A stretch of DNA of 64,000 bases from an uncultured bacterium (lineage in GTDB: Bacteria > Babelota > Babeliae > Babelales > Vermiphilaceae), in NCBI GenBank assembly GCA_963707655.1, contig OY970172.1:992001-1056000 (forward strand). Direction: 5' to 3'. The notes below the pieces were generated by a model that searched no databases, had not been told where the DNA came from, and worked only from the letters and a program-made list of their open reading frames with translations. Both the position numbers and the translations under genes were made by a program. Positions 58,371 to 64,000 of the stretch are shown in pieces. Within the stretch, counting starts at the first letter, position 1; each line of letters opens with the position of its first letter.

Positions 58371-59444
58371 ATGCATCTGTTTTTTCTCTTTGTTCTTATG
58401 ACATTTCTGCAACCATCTACTTTTGCAAGCGAGAGCGCAACAGAAAACTCATTGTCACAGGAAAGTTATATTTCTGATGAGCAACGAGAAAATATGCTCG
58501 ATGACATGGAGCAAGAATTTAACCGATTATTGGCAGAAGCAGAAAAAAGCAGACTAGAACAATCATCGCAGGAAAACAGCGAGTCTGAACGTTCCACAAC
58601 AGATAAAGTTGATGAAAGGTTGGCTGATATTATTTTAGAAACAAATCCTAAACTTAAAAAAATTCTTGAGTCACATGAATTGGCCAAAAAAACTGGTGAT
58701 AAAAGCGTCAAAATAACGGCAATTTTATTAACAGGCGAGCCTGGTTTGGGAAAAAGTCTAGCAGGAAAAGTATTAGCACAAAAATTGGGCTTGGATTGCA
58801 CCTTTATTCAAGCGTCGGGACTGGGAAATGAGTATCAAGATTCAGCGTCAAGTAACTTGGACAGAGAATTTAAAAAAGTTATTAACTCTGACGCGGAACA
58901 GGTTGTTGTTATTGATGAAATACATACTTTGATGAATAGCAAAAAGCAAGATCATCGATCAGATATGGATCCGGCAACGCGGCTTTGCCAAATAATGGAC
59001 AACAATAGTGATAAAAAAATTACTATCATTGCCACGGCAAATGATATAAAAAATTTATCGGCCCCTTTGCAAACAAGGTTTGATAGAAATAAAATACAGT
59101 TCGCCGCTTTAGATGAGCGAGCGCGCGAAAAAGTTGTACGTTTTTACGCGGGTGACATGGCCGATAAGGCCTGTGTCGACAAAGCGGTAAAAAAAACGAA
59201 AAAAATGTCTATAAGACACATTGATGCCGTGATTCAAGAGGCAAAATTAAATGCATATCGAAGAGATGCTACCAGAATATCGCCAGAAGATCTTGATAGC
59301 GCAGTAAATGAAATCACAGGCAATATGAAGCTTTCTAAAGAGGGCTGGTGGGATTGGACCACGCGTAAGTCCGAGGCGGCCTTGCCAGCAATTGATGTTG
59401 GTGTTAAGGTTGTCAGACTTTGTAAAGATCTAATGGGTTACTAA
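58371..59444 (+). CDS. AAA+ ATPase with signal-like N-terminus
   Basis: GEPGLGKS Walker A, VVIDE Walker B, IATAN sensor, LQTRF arginine finger. Confidence 0.9.
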   Translation: MHLFFLFVLMTFLQPSTFASESATENSLSQESYISDEQRENMLDDMEQEFNRLLAEAEKSRLEQSSQENSESERSTTDKVDERLADIILETNPKLKKILESHELAKKTGDKSVKITAILLTGEPGLGKSLAGKVLAQKLGLDCTFIQASGLGNEYQDSASSNLDREFKKVINSDAEQVVVIDEIHTLMNSKKQDHRSDMDPATRLCQIMDNNSDKKITIIATANDIKNLSAPLQTRFDRNKIQFAALDERAREKVVRFYAGDMADKACVDKAVKKTKKMSIRHIDAVIQEAKLNAYRRDATRISPEDLDSAVNEITGNMKLSKEGWWDWTTRKSEAALPAIDVGVKVVRLCKDLMGY

Positions 59445-59476
59445 TATATTGATTAAAAAAGTTTCAAGGGAAATAC

Positions 59477-60028
59477 ATGAAAACAAAGTATATCGTTTTT
59501 TTACTGTTACTATCTTTGGCTACTCACGCATCAACCATGTACGTGCCGGTTGTTATTGTTTCACAACACACCGAGAAAGCCCCCAATCACCTTTCGCTAG
59601 AATGGCTGTATGAATTGATACAGTATTCACCCGACTCTATTGAAACAAAAGAAGTGAGAGAAAATCTTTCTTATTACACGCGAATGGTAGAATTTGATAT
59701 TAAGTGTTTAGAGGTCTTACGAGAGTCTCAAGATTCCGTGCAAAACCAGTGCATGCTCAAGGGTCTTATGAAAACGGTTGCATTTCCTCTGTTATTTACG
59801 GGCGCATGCTTGTTGGCTGCTTCACACAGACAGCCTTATTATTATTTTAACAGAGATGAAGAAGATTTTTATTTCGGTTGCGCATCAATTTTAGCGGGCA
59901 TAGGCATTTTTTTTGGTGCCACTGGAGCACGGGATGTTGTTAATGCATTGCAATATACAAAAGATTTAAATGAGCGTTTACAAAAAGATAGGCGCATTCT
60001 CAGACTGCTCAACGATATTGCGGTATAA
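59477..60028 (+). CDS. Hypothetical membrane protein
   Basis: Signal peptide plus two TM segments. Confidence 0.65.
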   Translation: MKTKYIVFLLLLSLATHASTMYVPVVIVSQHTEKAPNHLSLEWLYELIQYSPDSIETKEVRENLSYYTRMVEFDIKCLEVLRESQDSVQNQCMLKGLMKTVAFPLLFTGACLLAASHRQPYYYFNRDEEDFYFGCASILAGIGIFFGATGARDVVNALQYTKDLNERLQKDRRILRLLNDIAV

Positions 60029-60055
60029 AAACTATGGGAGCTATTGTAATCTTAT

Positions 60056-62779
60056 ATGAAGAAGAATAGTATTAAGCGCCTTTTAATTGGCCTTTGCCTT
60101 ACTCTTTTACTGCATACAAATGGTATGCAGGTTGCCCTGCAGCAGGCGTTGGTGCAGTTGGATAAAATTATCGCTGTTACCACGGCGATTGCCTCGACGC
60201 TGTATTCAAACTATTATCTGCATGAGTCCGTCTGCCCTTTAGACATACGCTGTATTCAAGCGATGTTGCAGAGTGAGGCTAAAGAATGTGCTCAGAGCAA
60301 TAAAATTGAAATCTCTTTTAATAATCAGGATGCGGTTGCCTGGTTTAATCAACACGAAAAAACTGTTCAAGTTTCTTGTGATCAATCCGCTATTTTAGCG
60401 CAGTCTCAAACTAAAGAGGCAACGTCTAATGGCACGGTTATGGCGGTCAATCAGCATAAGCAGCAGAGCCTTGCAAATTTTAAGCCGAGCATTTTACGCC
60501 CGTTGCATGAATTGGGGCCAAAGCGCAGTCGCGATAGCTATGACTTAAAACGATCGCATGAAAAACAGCTTGAACTTTCTGCCGCTGAACAGGTGGGCAC
60601 GTATGTCGATGCCCAGCAATGCGTTGCGCATGCCACGCCGGGCGCCAGGCTTGACTCACATGAATATGTGCTGCAAGAGGGACAAAAAAATGCGATTGCC
60701 GCGGACCAAGCAACGCATTGCGGCACTGGCCATGCGCGATCTGATTTTGATCGCAATATTATGGCTTTATCACGCATACGCAACTCTGCGGCATTAGCAG
60801 CAGAATTTGATGCGCAATATAATAATTTTCAACATGACATCTCGAGCTGCATCGATTTAAAAGATAAAGCAGCTATTTTTCAGGCACTGCAAAAATTAGC
60901 TGACCCTGCCAGATACACGCTCTTAAAGCAGGTTCCTTATCTGGAACAGCGCTTTGATAATGCAGTTGGCGCATTGCATTATTTATGCCTCAATACCGAT
61001 GGTTCGCTACGCGCTGGCGGCATAGTCGGCCATGAAATTGAAGTTGCGCGCATCATTGCCGAATTTAATACCCCGTTGAATGGTGAGCATCAGTTTGCCA
61101 GCATTGTTACGCAAATGGTTGATCTGAACATTCTCGGTTCTCGTGGTCTGGCACAAGAAATTAAAGAATATTATGAACAACCTTATATCGGGCAATTTCT
61201 TGATAGTTTTCAGACAAAAGAAAAACATCCAAACCTGACGCAGCAATTTTTGGCCCACCCGGTTAATCAGCGCATGCAGCAATTAATAGATGCATGCAAA
61301 CATAAAAAATGGGATGAAGCAAAGCAGCAGGTTGATGCCTACCAAGCCTTGGCGACGCAGAAAAAACATGACGCGAATATACAAAATCAGTACGTTGTTT
61401 CGCGTGATATTTTATATGCCTTGGGTTATGAAAATGGGGTGTTTAAAAAGTATGCGCAACATCCTTGGTATCAACAGTATACCCACCGCGACTATCCACA
61501 TCGCATAGCTGATGCGCAGATCAATAGCCTCTTTGAGCAACACGCTATAATTAAAGAAGCTATTCTTGAAAAATTGGGTGTTACACAACCCTCACCCCTG
61601 GTTGAGCGCGTGGCCTATGAATTGGCCCCAGTATTTTATAATCCATTGGCAGTGAACCAATGTCTATCGGGTCTCTGCCAAGACCATGCTGACCCAAAAG
61701 TGCGCGAAGCGTATCATGTTTTCTTTGACGAATCGGGCATATACCGCTTGTTGTCTCATGATGCAAAAAAACTTGAAGGTATCAGTATCCCCACCAGCAT
61801 TGGGGATGCCTGCAATGTGCAGGCGCGGGCACTGCTTAACACACTACTTAAAATCAGTACGCCGCATGAAAAAGCGGCACAAGACGTGTGTCTTGCGCTT
61901 AAATATATCGAATCTGCTTGTGCATATCCTGCATTGAAGTCAAGCTATTGTATCCTGAGCCAATCGCTGTGCAATGCGCTCATTCTACCTAATGCAGAAA
62001 CCATTGTTACCTCGCTTGGTGATTTCACGCTGCTCAACCAAGATGAACATCAGCTCAAGCTGCAACAGGGTCTGGTGGCTACTGCAGCACAATTATGCAA
62101 TGCACTCAATGATAAAGCATTATCAGCAACGCAGCGCCAAGAAACGCGCGAAGCACTTATTGCGCTGGGAGCAGCGCGACGAGCCGCTCTGGCATATAAA
62201 AACAGTGCGCGTTATACCGTTGATCAATTTATTAAATTCTATCGCGATGTGGTGCGACCACGTATTACCAAAGTTGCCAAATATACCCCTGCAGTGTTGG
62301 CAGGAGCGATTATTGTAGAGGAAGCCACTAAAGATATCTATGAGTATGATAGGCTTCACAATGAGGGCAATCAACAAACAACTCCTCAGGTCAAAAAAAT
62401 AATAGCCACTGAACAAGAACGAGCCGGTGGCGCCCCCGATCCTAATGATCCGAGTGATCCCGAAAAAAATAAACACAATGAATTAAAATCAGTTCAGATT
62501 AGCGAGCAGGATGCCAGCCATATGTTTGGCGACAGGCCAGGACATATGGCAGACACCCCAACAAACAGAGAACTTCTCATCGGCCTTGCATCTAACGCAT
62601 CAAATTTTCTTGGTTGCGATAAATATGGGTCCGAGTGGTACGCAAAAATTTTAGAGAACGGAAGACAGCTCTGGGTTGTTGTAAGAGATGGTCTAATCAG
62701 AAATGGAGGAATAAATGATTTGCCAAAGATATTTAACTCCGAAACGGGCCTATGCCGTCAATTGTTAAAAAAGAAGTAA
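60056..62779 (+). CDS. Large secreted protein with putative C-terminal toxin domain
   Basis: Signal peptide; acidic Pro linker GGAPDPNDPSDPEK, then HMF..PGH..DTP.NR..WY...G.QLWV..R.G.I.NGG tip; small downstream ORF. Confidence 0.7.
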   Translation: MKKNSIKRLLIGLCLTLLLHTNGMQVALQQALVQLDKIIAVTTAIASTLYSNYYLHESVCPLDIRCIQAMLQSEAKECAQSNKIEISFNNQDAVAWFNQHEKTVQVSCDQSAILAQSQTKEATSNGTVMAVNQHKQQSLANFKPSILRPLHELGPKRSRDSYDLKRSHEKQLELSAAEQVGTYVDAQQCVAHATPGARLDSHEYVLQEGQKNAIAADQATHCGTGHARSDFDRNIMALSRIRNSAALAAEFDAQYNNFQHDISSCIDLKDKAAIFQALQKLADPARYTLLKQVPYLEQRFDNAVGALHYLCLNTDGSLRAGGIVGHEIEVARIIAEFNTPLNGEHQFASIVTQMVDLNILGSRGLAQEIKEYYEQPYIGQFLDSFQTKEKHPNLTQQFLAHPVNQRMQQLIDACKHKKWDEAKQQVDAYQALATQKKHDANIQNQYVVSRDILYALGYENGVFKKYAQHPWYQQYTHRDYPHRIADAQINSLFEQHAIIKEAILEKLGVTQPSPLVERVAYELAPVFYNPLAVNQCLSGLCQDHADPKVREAYHVFFDESGIYRLLSHDAKKLEGISIPTSIGDACNVQARALLNTLLKISTPHEKAAQDVCLALKYIESACAYPALKSSYCILSQSLCNALILPNAETIVTSLGDFTLLNQDEHQLKLQQGLVATAAQLCNALNDKALSATQRQETREALIALGAARRAALAYKNSARYTVDQFIKFYRDVVRPRITKVAKYTPAVLAGAIIVEEATKDIYEYDRLHNEGNQQTTPQVKKIIATEQERAGGAPDPNDPSDPEKNKHNELKSVQISEQDASHMFGDRPGHMADTPTNRELLIGLASNASNFLGCDKYGSEWYAKILENGRQLWVVVRDGLIRNGGINDLPKIFNSETGLCRQLLKKK

Positions 62780-62783
62780 TCCG

Positions 62784-63161
62784 ATGAATATGATATTAAC
62801 ACCACTTCAAGCATTTTTTGCAATGCAAGCTTTACTAGAAGCCTACTTCAAAAAGACATCATCAGACAGCATCGCCGTTCTTTTGAGCTGTTCAGAATTT
62901 TTAGAAGATGGGACGACGGCAGATACTGTACTGTGGATAGATTGGGCGAATCTTGTTAACAGGCAAGAAGAATTAACCCCGCTTCAAGCCTTTGTTATTA
63001 TGAATATTTATCTAAGAAATTACTTTGAAGGCAGAGTCACAAAAAACGTAAAAATATTACTTGATGATATCGCATTAACCCCCGACCAAAAGCCTATATC
63101 CCAAACAACTTGGAATTTGTGGATTGAATGCATTAAAACAGTCATGCTTTCTCAACATTAA
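62784..63161 (+). CDS. Putative immunity protein with tandem-duplicated domain
   Basis: 4 nt after the stop; LTPLQAF..M..L..YF occurs twice; homologous to 17003..17209. Confidence 0.7.
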   Translation: MNMILTPLQAFFAMQALLEAYFKKTSSDSIAVLLSCSEFLEDGTTADTVLWIDWANLVNRQEELTPLQAFVIMNIYLRNYFEGRVTKNVKILLDDIALTPDQKPISQTTWNLWIECIKTVMLSQH

Positions 63162-63258
63162 GAGTCATGCCGAGGCTGCAGATAGCGAAAAATCTTCTTT
63201 ATGGTAAACTACTCATAAAAATGACATGTTTTAAACCATTTCAGGCGTGATAAGTTTT

Positions 63259-64000
63259 ATGGATAAACAATACGATTCCTCGATTCATGAAAAAGTAGTT
63301 CAACAGCTCTGGCATGATGAGCAAACGTATGCCGCCAGCAACAATCCCGGCAAACTTTATAGCATTGATACTCCTCCCCCAACCGTATCGGGCAGCTTGC
63401 ATTTGGGTCATATTTTCTCCTACACACAAACTGATATTATCGCTCGCTATAAAAGAATGAGCGGCTTTTCAGTGTTTTACCCCTTTGGCTTTGATGATAA
63501 TGGTTTACCTACCGAGCGTTTTGTTGAAAAGAAACGTGAAATAAGCGCCCATAGCATGTCGCGCTCTGATTTTATTAAAATCTGTCTGCAAGAAACTGAG
63601 CAGGTAGAAGAGCAATTTAAAAACTTATGGCAGCGCATGGGGCTCTCTGTTGATTGGAACGCCTGCTATTCAACCATTTCTCCTGAAGTGAGAAAAATAT
63701 CACAAGAATCATTTATCAGATTGCTGGCCAAGGGCTACGCATATCGCAAAAATGAGCCGGCGCTCTATTGTACCACGTGCCGCACATCAGTAGCGCAAGC
63801 AGAGCTGGAAGACAAAGAAGAGGGGTCATTTTTTAATGACATCGTATTTCAAGATGAGCAGGGCAATGATCTGATTATTGGCACCACGCGTCCGGAATTA
63901 TTACCCTCATGCGTAGCGTTGCTGTATCACCCGGAAGACACCCGCTATCAACATTTGGCAGGGAAAAAAGCAGTTGTGCCCTTGTTTAATTTCACCGTGC
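63259..64000 (+). CDS. valS: Valyl-tRNA synthetase (3' truncated by window)
   Basis: IDTPPPTVSGSLHLGH, FDDNGLPTE, GTTRPELL. Confidence 0.93.
   Translation, partial: MDKQYDSSIHEKVVQQLWHDEQTYAASNNPGKLYSIDTPPPTVSGSLHLGHIFSYTQTDIIARYKRMSGFSVFYPFGFDDNGLPTERFVEKKREISAHSMSRSDFIKICLQETEQVEEQFKNLWQRMGLSVDWNACYSTISPEVRKISQESFIRLLAKGYAYRKNEPALYCTTCRTSVAQAELEDKEEGSFFNDIVFQDEQGNDLIIGTTRPELLPSCVALLYHPEDTRYQHLAGKKAVVPLFNFTV

Overview
AT-rich bacterial chromosome segment. The many signal-peptide hypotheticals and the gspFGHIJK cluster suggest a host-associated lineage such as Ca. Dependentiae/Babeliae; this is an inference, not demonstrated. Core genes are tkt, tRNA-Arg(UCU), a heavily frameshifted secA, type II secretion genes and a partial valS. 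The main feature is an accessory region anchored on the 3' end of tRNA-Arg. A ~10.3 kb island (large serine recombinase, RHH protein, PD-(D/E)XK nuclease, nuclease-helicase with 12 HA repeats, tyrosine recombinase) is followed by five 2.5-3.0 kb units. Each unit ends in a copy of the tRNA 3' end (GGGCACACCA). Four units carry a secreted polymorphic toxin with a variable C-terminal tip plus a putative immunity gene, and one carries stress genes. The recombinase ORF runs into the att core, and the DNA left of every core copy encodes, in frame on the minus strand, an alternative homologous recombinase C-terminal tail (WCALSDYF...). Together these suggest a tRNA-anchored, serine-recombinase-associated toxin/immunity cassette array.
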